IMG/VR virus record: IMGVR_UViG_3300037762_000204
Location: 1-48,548 of that record
Origin: a virus
Lineage: Duplodnaviria; Caudoviricetes
Strand: one strand, 5' to 3'
Length of the DNA: 48,548 nt
Shown one piece after another: positions 1 through 8,837 of this stretch; the stretch's first letter is position 1; the number at the start of each line of letters is the position of its first letter. Under the pieces are notes generated by a model that saw nothing but the letters and a program-made list of their open reading frames with translations, ran no database searches and had not been told where the DNA came from. The position numbers and the translations under genes were made by a program.

Positions 1-46
1 GTCGGTGCGACCTGCGCAGATTGGCAACGTCGCAGGTCGCACCGAC
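1..46. repeat. Perfect 16-bp inverted repeat inside the rep gene (candidate origin element)
   Basis: GTCGGTGCGACCTGCG (1-16) and CGCAGGTCGCACCGAC (31-46). Confidence 0.75.
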
Positions 47-366
47 GTACCAGCGTGTGGCACGTCGGAGATGACGAGGACGGTCCCGTGACGATGGCCC
101 GGCAGAGGCTCACGGTGCGCGGCGAGGTACCCGCACTCCTTGAGCTCCGCGAAGGCCGCCCGGAAAGCGCGGCGACCCTCGCCCTTCGCGCCGCGCACTT
201 CGGAAGCCAGACGCCACAGGTCGTCGGCCGTGGCCTCCCAGCCGTCGGGGCGGCTCAGGAGTTCGGCAAGGATGCCCCGCGCCATGTAGCTCAGCCGTTC
301 GTCGCGCACAGTCCTGTTCGGGAGCTGTACGAAGTCCGCGGTGAGCCGGGAGCGTCGCACTCTCAC
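1..366 (-). CDS. Phage replication initiator-like wHTH protein (5' part, runs off the window)
   Basis: Not in the ORF track. Hand translation from GTG at 366 gives MRVRRSRLTADFVQLPNRTVRDERLSYMARGILAELLSRPDGW..., the F-x-x-x-x-N...D-x-x-LS-x-x-A-x-G pattern of phage replication initiators. An RBS-like GAAGAGG lies upstream. Confidence 0.7.
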   Translation of the reverse strand, partial: MRVRRSRLTADFVQLPNRTVRDERLSYMARGILAELLSRPDGWEATADDLWRLASEVRGAKGEGRRAFRAAFAELKECGYLAAHREPLPGHRHGTVLVISDVPHAGTSVRPATLPICAGRTD

Positions 367-467
367 ATGGCCTCTTCTCGCTGGTAGTGCTGTACGGGTG
401 CTGGTTTCGGGTAGCGCTTGCGATGGCCGGGGCGGGGCCGCCACAGTGGACGGCCCCACGGGTGCGG

Positions 468-1985
468 CTAGGTGGTGAGCGGGTACTGGTCGAGCCACTC
501 CATGCCAGGTGCGGACCGGAGGTTGGGTTTGAGGTGCACGCGGCATCCGGCGTCGAGGGCCTGGACGACGATGCGGGCGACCCATTCGAAGGGCGGGGCG
601 AACGCGGGCACTGTTCCGGTGGGCTGCTGCGTCTGGGTCTGGGCGCCGATGACGACCCAGTCGAAGACCGACAGGTCGGTGAACTCCAGCGGCTCCCGCA
701 GCGGTTCGAGGGAGAGCCACTTGACTGCGGCGCCGTCGATCTTCCGGAAGGCGTCCTCGGCGATGCGCACGCGTTTCTGCTCGTCGACGGAGGTCCCGAC
801 CCACGCGCCCGGCGGCATCTCCAAGCCCACGTAGCGGGCGGGGAATTTGGTGAGGGTGATGTACTGCCACTGCGGGCTGGCAAGCATGGAGGCGTGGACC
901 TTCTGAATCCACTCGTCGGGCACCCAGCGGCCGTAGAGGTCGGCCATGGAGCACACGAACACCCGCCGATAGGCGCAGACCCTGCAGCTGCCATCGCCGC
1001 ATGCCTGGTGGGCGTCGTCGCGGTACTGCTCGGGGATAGCCGTATTCGCCGGGGCGTCGAGGCGGGTGTAGCCCCGGTCTGGATCGTGGTGGAACAGCGG
1101 GGTGAAGCCGACGGGGTAGGCGCCTCGGTAGCGTTCGTTGGTGGCGAGCTCGCGGGCGTAGCAGTAGGTGCAGCCGTGGAGGCATCCGGTGACGGGGTTC
1201 CAGGACCAGGCGGCCCAGGAGATTCCGGCACCCTTGGTCTCGTTGAAGGTGGCCTTGGCCGCGGGTTTGGGGTACTGGACTTCGTCGCCGGTGTGGGTGC
1301 TGAGGGTGAGCATGACGCGGCTGGGCTTCGGGGCGGGCTCTGGCTTGGGCATGGCGGCGATGCGCTGCTTGCGCTGGCGGTCTGCCGCGTCGAGGGCGAT
1401 CTCTCCTGCGCGAACCTTGGCGGCGAGGTCGGGTGCGTCACGTACGACGGCCTTGGCTTGCTGCACAGCGCGGCCTGAGCTGCCGACGACCTTCGCGGCG
1501 CGCTCCCTCGATGTGCGCTCTTCCCGTGCTTGTGGCTCGATCCAGACATCGGCAGATGGCAGATCTGCCATAAGCGTCGATCCTGTGACCTGCGCGTTTA
1601 CCTTTTCCGTGGTGCTACGGGCCGCTGCGCGCTGCGCTTCCTTTGCCGCTTCGGCGTAGTACCGCTCGTACTCCAGCGCCATCAACGCACGCTGCCCCGG
1701 GTTGAGCTGACGGCGGGCCATGTTCTTCGACACGATCAGGTCGAGGATCATCGGCTCCGTATAGTGCGCGCCCAACCGCTCGTAGACCTGGTCAACTCCG
1801 GCGGTGTCGCAGGCGCGGTAGCGGTTGCGGCCGTCGATCAGGACCGTGCCGTCGTGGTTCAGGATGATCGGCTCACGCAGGCCGTTCTTCTTCACGTCCG
1901 CCACCAGCTGGGTGAACTCCTCCCCGTCGACGAACGGGAACGCATCCGCGAACGGGTGGACATCGAACTCTCCGAGGCGTGCCAT
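468..1985 (-). CDS. ParB-like N-terminal domain fused to a phage Gp37/Gp68 (DUF5131) radical-SAM-like domain
   Basis: N-terminus has HPFADAFP...GLREPI...LIDGRNRYRAC...N..RRQL (ParB/Srx-type). C-terminus has WNPVTGCLHGCTYCYA (CxxxCxxC), RVFVCSMADL, LTKFP, WLSLEPL and DWVVIGAQT. The ATG at 1985 is coupled to the upstream stop (TGATG). Confidence 0.85.
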   Translation of the reverse strand: MARLGEFDVHPFADAFPFVDGEEFTQLVADVKKNGLREPIILNHDGTVLIDGRNRYRACDTAGVDQVYERLGAHYTEPMILDLIVSKNMARRQLNPGQRALMALEYERYYAEAAKEAQRAAARSTTEKVNAQVTGSTLMADLPSADVWIEPQAREERTSRERAAKVVGSSGRAVQQAKAVVRDAPDLAAKVRAGEIALDAADRQRKQRIAAMPKPEPAPKPSRVMLTLSTHTGDEVQYPKPAAKATFNETKGAGISWAAWSWNPVTGCLHGCTYCYARELATNERYRGAYPVGFTPLFHHDPDRGYTRLDAPANTAIPEQYRDDAHQACGDGSCRVCAYRRVFVCSMADLYGRWVPDEWIQKVHASMLASPQWQYITLTKFPARYVGLEMPPGAWVGTSVDEQKRVRIAEDAFRKIDGAAVKWLSLEPLREPLEFTDLSVFDWVVIGAQTQTQQPTGTVPAFAPPFEWVARIVVQALDAGCRVHLKPNLRSAPGMEWLDQYPLTT

Positions 1986-2248
1986 CAGTTGCCCTTTCCG
2001 TGAATCTCGCAGTGGCACCGGTGGCACAGAGCGAGCAGGTTGGTCGGGATGTCGAAGGAGCCCCAGGGCGGGTAGCGCAGGTGGTGCGGCTCCGTCGGTG
2101 GCTGGTCACGGCAGCGCTCGCATCGCCCGTCGGCCCGCGCGAACACCAGCTGGCGGACCGCGAGGAACCGCGGGTGCCGTAGGTACTCGGCGTACGTGCG
2201 GTACGGCTTGTCGACGCCTGGCTTCGGCGGCACGTAGTGGCGAGTCAC
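1985..2248 (-). CDS. Small HNH endonuclease-like protein
   Basis: YAEYLRHPRF...RCERC...HHLRY...NLLALCHRCHCEIH. The GTG start overlaps the stop of the upstream gene (GTGA). Confidence 0.8.
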   Translation of the reverse strand: MTRHYVPPKPGVDKPYRTYAEYLRHPRFLAVRQLVFARADGRCERCRDQPPTEPHHLRYPPWGSFDIPTNLLALCHRCHCEIHGKGN

Positions 2249-3231
2249 GCCACGTCGCCCAGGTCGAACAGCGTCAGGTCGCCGCCGCTGTCGGGCAGGT
2301 CGCCGGTCTTCGGCGCGACCGGCCGCGGGATCATCGCCAGCCGCTGCACGTCGGTCGCGGCCATCCACTCCTGCTCGCGGCCGTGGATCTGCTTCAGCTC
2401 GGATTTCTGAAGGAAGAGGCGCAGCAGGAGATCGTCGAACTGGCTGGGGTTCTGCCGCCACCATGCGATGCTCACGGACCGTTTACAGTTCTTGGCGCTC
2501 TTCCGGGCGGCCTGGTCGGTCTTGGGGCGCCACTTGTCGGAGGTGGCCACCAGGTACGCCCACTGAGCCTCGTCCCGGTCGAGGGCGGCGAGCGACAGGT
2601 CGCGGTAGTGGGGCATGGCCTGCTGCTGTTCGCGGACCGTGGCGAACCACTTGATGCGCTCGTCGATGGTGAGCCGCTTGAGACCAGCCGGGTTGCAGCC
2701 CATGGTGGACAGGCCACGGGACAGCCCGGTGCGATCGGCGATCTCGGCGGTGAAGGTTGGCCGCATCGCCCAATCGATGATCGCGTTCGGGTCGTTGACC
2801 ACGAAGACAGCGGTGTCCCGGTCGATGTCGGTGACGTCGGCTTCGGCGCCCCTGAGGTTGTGGGCCGCCACGGTTGATCCGCTGACGGGGTGGGTCCAGA
2901 CGCTCGGCGTTGTCGGGCCGTAGCCGAGGGCCGGGAGGTAGCTGCCCAGATTGCCGAGGAGCCGGTCGTATGTGGCGGTCTGGATCTCGTGCAGGCGGAC
3001 GTGCACGGGGACTCGGCACTGCGATGCGTGGTAGGCGAGGATGCCGGGCGAGCACGAGCGGTGCCACATCTGCCCGGGGATGAGGGCAGCGTCTCCGGCG
3101 GTGAGGTCGTACCAGGCGCAGTCCTGGGCGCCGAGGTTGGGTATGGCTCCGGCCTCTTGTCCGACGATGCTCCACAGGTAGTCGTGCTTGATGGGGGTGC
3201 GCCAACTGCGGCCGACGTTGGGCTTTGCCAT
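2245..3231 (-). CDS. Three-Cys-motif partner (TcmP)-like SAM-dependent Rossmann protein
   Basis: RTPIKHDYL, WYDLTAGDA, CSPGIL, LHEI and VVNDPN match the order of TcmP motifs (T..K..L, YIDxFAG, GSP, E, LDP). It is adjacent to a DUF5131 gene. Confidence 0.6.
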   Translation of the reverse strand: MAKPNVGRSWRTPIKHDYLWSIVGQEAGAIPNLGAQDCAWYDLTAGDAALIPGQMWHRSCSPGILAYHASQCRVPVHVRLHEIQTATYDRLLGNLGSYLPALGYGPTTPSVWTHPVSGSTVAAHNLRGAEADVTDIDRDTAVFVVNDPNAIIDWAMRPTFTAEIADRTGLSRGLSTMGCNPAGLKRLTIDERIKWFATVREQQQAMPHYRDLSLAALDRDEAQWAYLVATSDKWRPKTDQAARKSAKNCKRSVSIAWWRQNPSQFDDLLLRLFLQKSELKQIHGREQEWMAATDVQRLAMIPRPVAPKTGDLPDSGGDLTLFDLGDVA

Positions 3232-3310
3232 TCGGGGATTCCTTACTGCTGGGCGTGGCTGGTTTGTGCGTCTGGCGGTGCCGGGATCGCACTGCCATAC
3301 TACTTTAAAT

Positions 3311-3347
3311 ATTGGAGAGATTGGAGAGATTGACCATGACTTACACT
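3311..3347. promoter_or_regulatory. AT-rich divergent promoter region with tandem ATTGGAGAG repeats and a -10 TACACT
   Basis: ATTGGAGAG ATTGGAGAG ATTGA at 3311-3333. TACACT at 3342-3347 sits 6 nt before the ATG at 3354. Confidence 0.55.
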
Positions 3348-3353
3348 CTGGCC

Positions 3354-3560
3354 ATGGCTACGGACCAGGGCATTCGGACCGCGGACGACGGTGTCGCTGA
3401 GGTGTCGATGACGGATGCCCGCGCGAACCTGACCCGGCTGATCCGCGGCGTCCGAGAACGAGGTCAGGCCGCAGCCTTCACCGAGCGCGGCGAGCGGCGC
3501 GCCTACGTTGTGACGCCGGAGTTCTACGAGCGCGCGGTGAATGCGCTCGCCGAGCCCTGA
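3354..3560 (+). CDS. Phd/YefM-like antitoxin-fold protein (orphan)
   Basis: EVSMTDARANLTRLIRGV...AAFTERGERRAYVVTPEFYE is a typical Phd fold pattern. Probably leaderless. Confidence 0.75.
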   Translation: MATDQGIRTADDGVAEVSMTDARANLTRLIRGVRERGQAAAFTERGERRAYVVTPEFYERAVNALAEP

Positions 3561-3622
3561 GCACGGCGGTGTGCCGCACCAGCCACCCGGCCAGCACGAC
3601 ACACCACCACCACGCGCCCGGG

Positions 3623-3796
3623 TCACTCGCCGTCCGCGTCCAGCACGGTGACCGTGTACTCGGCCTCACGGAAGACGTCGTAACCGTCGAGGAACTCGTC
3701 CTCCTCACCGGCCTCCTGCGCGTCGCGCCACGCGTCGGCGTCGACGGTGATCTGGTCCTCACCGTGGATGCGGATCTTCAAGTGGATGTCGGGCAT
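3623..3796 (-). CDS. Small acidic hypothetical protein
   Basis: MPDIHLKIRIHGEDQ... with GAGAGGA RBS and typical codon bias. Confidence 0.65.
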   Translation of the reverse strand: MPDIHLKIRIHGEDQITVDADAWRDAQEAGEEDEFLDGYDVFREAEYTVTVLDADGE

Positions 3797-3853
3797 CAGG
3801 TGTCCTCTCGGGGGGTGGGGATGGGTGACGGGCCGCACTGGTACGGGGGCGGG

Positions 3854-4156
3854 TCAGGCGTCCGCGACGGGCAACCAGTTGGTGACGGTGACCTGACGGG
3901 GCTCAACCTCGACGGCCTTGATCTCGCTTTCGTCGCACCACGGGTCGGTGCCTTCCTGCCCCTCGGTGAGGCCCTCCTCGTAGAAGACCTGGTAGGTCTT
4001 GCCGTCGTCGGGGGCGCGGAAGATGAGTTCGTTGACGGAGACCCAGCGGCGGGTCTCGACCTGCTCGCGGTGGAGGATCTCGGGCGAGTCGTCGGCCCAG
4101 GCGCCAGGCAGGTCCCAGGCGTCGAGCTGCTCGCGGGTGAAGGTACGGGTGGGCAT
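3854..4156 (-). CDS. Hypothetical protein
   Basis: MPTRTFTREQLDAW...; start coupled to the upstream stop, AAGGA RBS. Confidence 0.7.
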   Translation of the reverse strand: MPTRTFTREQLDAWDLPGAWADDSPEILHREQVETRRWVSVNELIFRAPDDGKTYQVFYEEGLTEGQEGTDPWCDESEIKAVEVEPRQVTVTNWLPVADA

Positions 4157-4338
4157 CAGAGGGTGTCCTTCCGGTAGGCGGCCGCCGTGTCGGCGGCCTG
4201 CTGGGTGAGGGCCTGCTCGGCGCACACTTTGTGCGCGGGCTTGCGCTTGGAGTCGCGGAGGTGGGTCGGCTTGGCGCAGTACCGGCAGGGGCGGGCGCGC
4301 GTGGACCAGTGAGCCGGGTCGTGCCAGTCGAGGAGCAT
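4156..4338 (-). CDS. Small putative zinc-binding protein
   Basis: CRYC...HKVC; GGGAGG RBS. Confidence 0.65.
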   Translation of the reverse strand: MLLDWHDPAHWSTRARPCRYCAKPTHLRDSKRKPAHKVCAEQALTQQAADTAAAYRKDTL

Positions 4339-4406
4339 CGCGGCCTCCCAGCAGCCGGTGGGGCGCCCCGCCGCACACGCGCGGGGCGGGGCGCCAGGCG
4401 TGGCGG

Positions 4407-4766
4407 TCAGCTGCCGGTGGCCTTGCGGATAGTCGCCGCCTCCGGATCGGCCGCAGCGACCAGTTCACGGAGCCGCGGCGCGGTCCGGAAGAAAACCTCC
4501 TGCCGGGCCGGGACCGTCACAGGCTCACCGGTCCGCGGGTTGCGGCCCGCGCGTTCGGCCCGGTCCACGGGAATCCACGTGCCGAAGTTGGACACCATCA
4601 CCGGGCGGCCAGCGGTGACGGTGCGGGTGATGACGTTGAAGACCGCGTTGACGACGCTGACCCCGTCGGCGAGCGGGATGCCGAGCTCGGCGGCGACTGC
4701 CTCACCGAGCCGGATCTTGGCGAGGGTCCCGGCGATGGGTCCGGCGGTGTGGGCGGTGGTGTTCAT
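4407..4766 (-). CDS. HU/IHF-family DNA-binding protein
   Basis: NFGTW...RAGRNPRTGEPV...FFR is the HU/IHF signature. Confidence 0.9.
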   Translation of the reverse strand: MNTTAHTAGPIAGTLAKIRLGEAVAAELGIPLADGVSVVNAVFNVITRTVTAGRPVMVSNFGTWIPVDRAERAGRNPRTGEPVTVPARQEVFFRTAPRLRELVAAADPEAATIRKATGS

Positions 4767-4808
4767 GGGGTGTCCTTCCGTGGGGTGGTGGTGTGCGGGG
4801 CTGCCCGG

Positions 4809-5198
4809 TTAATGCTTGGCCTGTTCGCGGCGGCGGCGTCCGGCTTGCAGGTCGGCGTCAGCGCAAGGCGGGCAGATGGGTTCGCCGCGGTTGCGGTGAC
4901 GTCGGGCACCGCTCTCGGTGCCGCACTCCGCGGGCTTCTGCGGCTTGATCCAGCCGCGCTGTCTGCGGATCTCATCGCGCTGGGCCTCCGACATGCCGCC
5001 CCAGATGCCCTGCTGCGGGTGGGCGATCGCCCACTCCCCGCACACCTGCCTGACGGGGCACAGGTCGCACCACCGCCTGGCCGGGCTGATCTGGTTGGAG
5101 TGCTCGGGGAACCACAGGCCGGGATCATCGGCGAGGCGGCACAGCGCGTCGTCACGCCAGTCGTACGCGCGCTGGAGAGTGTCGGGCGCGTAGCTCAC
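4809..5198 (-). CDS. whiB: WhiB-family transcriptional regulator with a C-terminal extension
   Basis: DWRDDALC...LWFP...CDLCPVRQVC...GIWGGMSEAQR; C-terminal CGT...HR..GEPICPPC. The GTG start is coupled to the RusA stop. Confidence 0.9.
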   Translation of the reverse strand: MSYAPDTLQRAYDWRDDALCRLADDPGLWFPEHSNQISPARRWCDLCPVRQVCGEWAIAHPQQGIWGGMSEAQRDEIRRQRGWIKPQKPAECGTESGARRHRNRGEPICPPCADADLQAGRRRREQAKH

Positions 5199-5758
5199 CG
5201 GCGGGTCACCGCCTCGCGGTCGGGCCACTGGCAGCCAGCCAGCACCTCCAACGGCCACACGCGGATCACGCACCCCGGCACGGTCAGCACGTCGAACGCG
5301 TCCGTCCCCGCGTAGTACTTGCCGAGCCGCACGTACTCCACGACCCGCTGATCGTCGTACCAGACGACGCCGGTGAGAGCGTCCTCCGTAGAGCGGACGA
5401 TCTTCGACAAGTCGGGGAACACCGCCGGGCGGATGGGCGCCGCATCCCGCAGCAAGTGCGCGTTGCGGCCCGTACGGTAATGCCCCTTGGGCCGTGCGAA
5501 CGTGAACGTCATCGCGACCGCGAGGGGTCCGTCGAGGATCGTCCAGCCGGGCACGGCCGCGGTGGCGCCGATAGCGGCGTACTTGACGTCCTGGCGCCAC
5601 GGCTTGACCTTCGCCGACGACTCGACCATGACTCCGTTGCCCAGATGCTTCTTCGATCCCTGAGGTCCTGGAAGGCCGTGCACCATGATGGTGATGGCGG
5701 GCCGGGGCTCCGGTCGCCACCACGGGGACCGGGCCTCGGGCAGGGGCGGGGCGGTCAT
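5195..5758 (-). CDS. rusA: RusA-like Holliday junction resolvase
   Basis: GLPGPQGSK...PDLSKIVRSTEDALTGVVWYDDQRV. Confidence 0.85.
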   Translation of the reverse strand: MTAPPLPEARSPWWRPEPRPAITIMVHGLPGPQGSKKHLGNGVMVESSAKVKPWRQDVKYAAIGATAAVPGWTILDGPLAVAMTFTFARPKGHYRTGRNAHLLRDAAPIRPAVFPDLSKIVRSTEDALTGVVWYDDQRVVEYVRLGKYYAGTDAFDVLTVPGCVIRVWPLEVLAGCQWPDREAVTRR

Positions 5759-5913
5759 CGGGTGCCTCCGGGGGTGAGGCCGATGGCGGTGAGGAGGAGG
5801 AGCAGGTCTTCCCGGTCGAGGGCCCGGCATGCGCAGGCGATCGAGGCCCGCCGGCGTTCCTCCGGCGTGGGCCGCGGCACGGCGGTGATCTCTTTGTTGA
5901 GGCGTCCGGACAT
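5755..5913 (-). CDS. Hypothetical protein
   Basis: MSGRLNKEITAV...; coupled at both ends. Confidence 0.6.
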   Translation of the reverse strand: MSGRLNKEITAVPRPTPEERRRASIACACRALDREDLLLLLTAIGLTPGGTR

Positions 5914-6164
5914 CAGGTCTCCTTCCAGTGGCGTGTGGCGCCGCAGTCGCGGCAGGTGGCGGCGTGCCCGGCGGGGTCGTGGCGGGTGGTGAGGTGTGCG
6001 CAGGCGCCGCCGCATTCCAGCCACAGCGCGCCGGTGTCTGTGCCGAAGGCGGCGTGCCGCCGGCCCAGCGTGTAGGCGGTTCGGAGTGCGCCGAACCGGG
6101 CCTGCACCGCCCACGTCAGGACGGCGGCAGCGGTGGCCGCGGCGAGCACGGTCAGGAACATCAC
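5913..6164 (-). CDS. Small membrane protein with a Zn-ribbon motif
   Basis: Hydrophobic N-terminus, CGGAC...CRDC; coupled. Confidence 0.6.
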   Translation of the reverse strand: MMFLTVLAAATAAAVLTWAVQARFGALRTAYTLGRRHAAFGTDTGALWLECGGACAHLTTRHDPAGHAATCRDCGATRHWKET

Positions 6165-6601
6165 CCGGGCACCTCGCCCATGTCGCGCCGGTCATCAGCC
6201 ACGTCGACGCCGAGGCGCAGGAGGCTGGCGTCGTCGTAACCGAGTGAAGACAGCAGCCGGTCCGTCAGGACGTCATTGAGACGGTGCTGCCCGGCGAGTT
6301 CGTCCCGGTACCGGGCGCAGCCGCGGAGCGCGCGCACCAGGCGGGCGTACAGCCGGTTGTAGTCGGCGTCGCCCTGCCCAACCGCGAAACCCAGCGTCTG
6401 GGCCAGGTGCCGGTTCCGGCCGTGGACACGGGCCAGTGCGGCGTCGGCCTCGGCGAGACGGCGGACGAAGATGGTCCGGGCCCCGGCCTCCGCCAGGGCA
6501 TCGGCCAGCGCCCCGTCCCGCGCGTCGACCAGGCGCCGGACCTGATCGTGCAGGGCTTCGGTGTCGCGCCGGTAGCGGCGGCGGCTAACGAACATCAGCA
6601 A
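6161..6601 (-). CDS. Hypothetical coiled-coil protein
   Basis: 146-aa ORF in the operon, GAGGAG RBS. Confidence 0.6.
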   Translation of the reverse strand: MLMFVSRRRYRRDTEALHDQVRRLVDARDGALADALAEAGARTIFVRRLAEADAALARVHGRNRHLAQTLGFAVGQGDADYNRLYARLVRALRGCARYRDELAGQHRLNDVLTDRLLSSLGYDDASLLRLGVDVADDRRDMGEVPG

Positions 6602-7325
6602 TCTCCTCGAGGGTGGTCATCGGCCACTGCGGCCGGACGGTGTGGGCGAGGTGTTCTTTGCCGGGGGTGCGCGCGAAGTAGGCGGCGCGGCTGGCGGCCT
6701 GTTCGGCGGCCCAGCCGGTCTGCTGCTCGTGCAGTCGCGGCAGCGGCGTCGCGGCGAGCGCGGGATCACCGGCGGCGATGCGCCACGCCACACGGCACGC
6801 TGCGATCGCGTCCGCGTCCGCACTATGGGCGCCGTCCAGCGGCACCTCGTAGTGGGCGCACAGGGCGGCCAGGTTGCGGGAGCCGCGCCGGTATCGGTCC
6901 GTGCGCCGGTCGATAACCATGGGGTCAACGACCAGGAGCTGGTCGGCGCCGATGATGTCGACGAGCGGCTGCACGCCGTGGCGGCGGGCCTCGCGGTCGA
7001 GCAGCGTCAGGTCGAATGGGGCGTTCGCGGCGACGATGGGGATACCGTCGCGCTGCACCTGGGCGAGCGCGGCCACGAGGCTCTCGACGACCTCCCGCGC
7101 CGGGGCGCCCTCGGCGCGGGCGCGGGCGGTGGTGATGCCGTGGACCGCGGTGGCCTCGGCCGGTATGTCAACGCCCGGGTCGGCAAGCCACGCCGCCGAC
7201 TGGGTGGGCTGCCCGCCGCCGCACTGCACGACGCAGGCGGTGACGATCCGGTCGGACTCGACGTTGAGGCCGGTGCTCTCGAAATCAAGGCCGCAAAGCC
7301 TTTGTTCATTCCAGGGGGCGCTCAT
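6585..7325 (-). CDS. DnaQ-like (DEDDh) 3'-5' exonuclease
   Basis: LDFESTG, HGIT, NAPFDL and HSADADA motifs. Confidence 0.9.
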   Translation of the reverse strand: MSAPWNEQRLCGLDFESTGLNVESDRIVTACVVQCGGGQPTQSAAWLADPGVDIPAEATAVHGITTARARAEGAPAREVVESLVAALAQVQRDGIPIVAANAPFDLTLLDREARRHGVQPLVDIIGADQLLVVDPMVIDRRTDRYRRGSRNLAALCAHYEVPLDGAHSADADAIAACRVAWRIAAGDPALAATPLPRLHEQQTGWAAEQAASRAAYFARTPGKEHLAHTVRPQWPMTTLEEIADVR

Positions 7326-7840
7326 CGCTCACCGCCCGCGCCGAGCTGCGGCAGGTCGAGGTGCGCGAGGTGGCCGCCCCGCCACGCTGCTGCAATGGCC
7401 TCCCGGCCGCCGTCTACCGGACGGACGGAATGCGAGGTGCTGCGTCCCGCGCGGACTTCCACGCCGGGTACCTGGTGGACCTCGCCGGTCTCCCGGTCCG
7501 CCCATTCCGCGACGCCCGCGGCGGTCATCTCAGCGAGGAGCGCGGCGGTGTAGGCGGGACGCACCTCGGTGACGAGGCGGGTGGTGATGTTGGCTTCGGA
7601 GTGCTCCCGGACCCACTCCAGGTACAGGTCGGGGTCGGTGACGACGGCGGCGGGTTTGGGTGTGGTGCGGCTGATGGTCGCGACCTTCGTGCCGTCGGGG
7701 AGAGTGGCGTCAAGACGGGTCGCGCCGGTGGTCTCCAGTGCCTCCTGCATGGAGGCGCGGACGGTCTTGAGGCGGTCGCTGATGGTGTCGGCGAGGCTCT
7801 TGAGCGCGGCCTCTTCGAGCGCCAGATCGGGCAGGTTCAT
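7322..7840 (-). CDS. Hypothetical phage protein (recombination module)
   Basis: 172 aa, AGGGAG RBS, located between the ATPase and the exonuclease. Confidence 0.7.
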   Translation of the reverse strand: MNLPDLALEEAALKSLADTISDRLKTVRASMQEALETTGATRLDATLPDGTKVATISRTTPKPAAVVTDPDLYLEWVREHSEANITTRLVTEVRPAYTAALLAEMTAAGVAEWADRETGEVHQVPGVEVRAGRSTSHSVRPVDGGREAIAAAWRGGHLAHLDLPQLGAGGER

Positions 7841-7904
7841 GCGATGCTCCCTAGTGGGGCCGCCCCTTCATGGGTGTGCGGGGGCGGCCCCGATCAGCGG
7901 ATGG

Positions 7905-8837
7905 TTATGCGGCGGGGACAGCAGCGGGGACAGCGCCGTTGCGGTCGCGGAGCTGCCGACCGCGTTCGGTCACCAGCTCGCCGAGCGTGGTGGCCTGGCC
8001 CGTCACCGGATGCAGCAGCGGCGTGTGCAGCAGACGACGCCGGTCGAGTTCCTGGTGCAGCGCACGGGCCTGCTCGTAGGTCAGGTCCTCGGCCGCGGCC
8101 CGGTCGATGTACTCCGTGGGGTCGGGTGCCTCGACGCCGCCGCCGAGCCATTCCACGAGCTGGTCAGCCAGCTCCTTGCCGGGCCTCTGGATCACGGCAC
8201 CGGACAGGGCGGAGCAGCGGGATTTGGAGATCACCAGGGTGTTCTCGACATCCATGTCGCCGACGACGTCGAACTCGTACTCGATGCCGTCGCGCTGCTC
8301 CGGCTTCATGCCGACCTTGCGCGGCACTTTCCTGCCGCGCTCGTTTTCCTCGATCACGTATTCGGTCTTCGACCGCATCGTGACGATCACATGCCCGGGG
8401 TAGGCCAGCATCGCCTCGATCAGCTGGCGTTCCATCGGCCGGGCTTCCTTCCACCCGGCGAAGCTGTTGCCGCCGTAGCGCTTCGCGGCGTGGTCGGCCT
8501 GCTCCAGCATTCCGCCGACTCCGGACCAGAAGTGCGACAGGGAGTCGATGACCACGACGGGGTAGCGGGCCTGTGCTGCTGCGCCGAGCGCGGCAACGAG
8601 GTTGCGGGGGTCGAAGTTGTCGAGGTTGAGGGCGTCGAAGGCGAAGCCTTCGCCGTCTTGTCCGGCGGCGTACTTGGACGCTGAGCCGTGCTCGGTGTCG
8701 ATGACGGCGACCCGGTCGCCCATGGAGCAGGCGAGAGTGAGTGCGGTGTAGGTCTTCCCGCTGCCGGACGGTCCGGCGAGCGCGATGCGGGCTTTGGCTT
8801 GCTCGCGGGTGGCAGGGGCGAACGTGAAGGCGCTCAT
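7905..8837 (-). CDS. AAA/Sak4-like ATPase (phage recombination)
   Basis: GPSGSGKT Walker A, VIDTEHGS, VIDSLSHFW, GIEYEFD. The ATG at 8837 is coupled. Confidence 0.85.
   Translation of the reverse strand: MSAFTFAPATREQAKARIALAGPSGSGKTYTALTLACSMGDRVAVIDTEHGSASKYAAGQDGEGFAFDALNLDNFDPRNLVAALGAAAQARYPVVVIDSLSHFWSGVGGMLEQADHAAKRYGGNSFAGWKEARPMERQLIEAMLAYPGHVIVTMRSKTEYVIEENERGRKVPRKVGMKPEQRDGIEYEFDVVGDMDVENTLVISKSRCSALSGAVIQRPGKELADQLVEWLGGGVEAPDPTEYIDRAAAEDLTYEQARALHQELDRRRLLHTPLLHPVTGQATTLGELVTERGRQLRDRNGAVPAAVPAA

Noticed and set aside
110-1549. Long alternative-frame ORFs (for example 110-1549, 9151-10374, 24310-26247, 34773-36314, 38462-40048)
   Set aside because: These are shadow ORFs typical of high-GC DNA. 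They overlap well-supported genes and have Arg/Pro-skewed composition.
468-1985. ParABS partition system
   Set aside because: There is no ParA in the window, and the ParB-like domain is fused to an enzyme domain.
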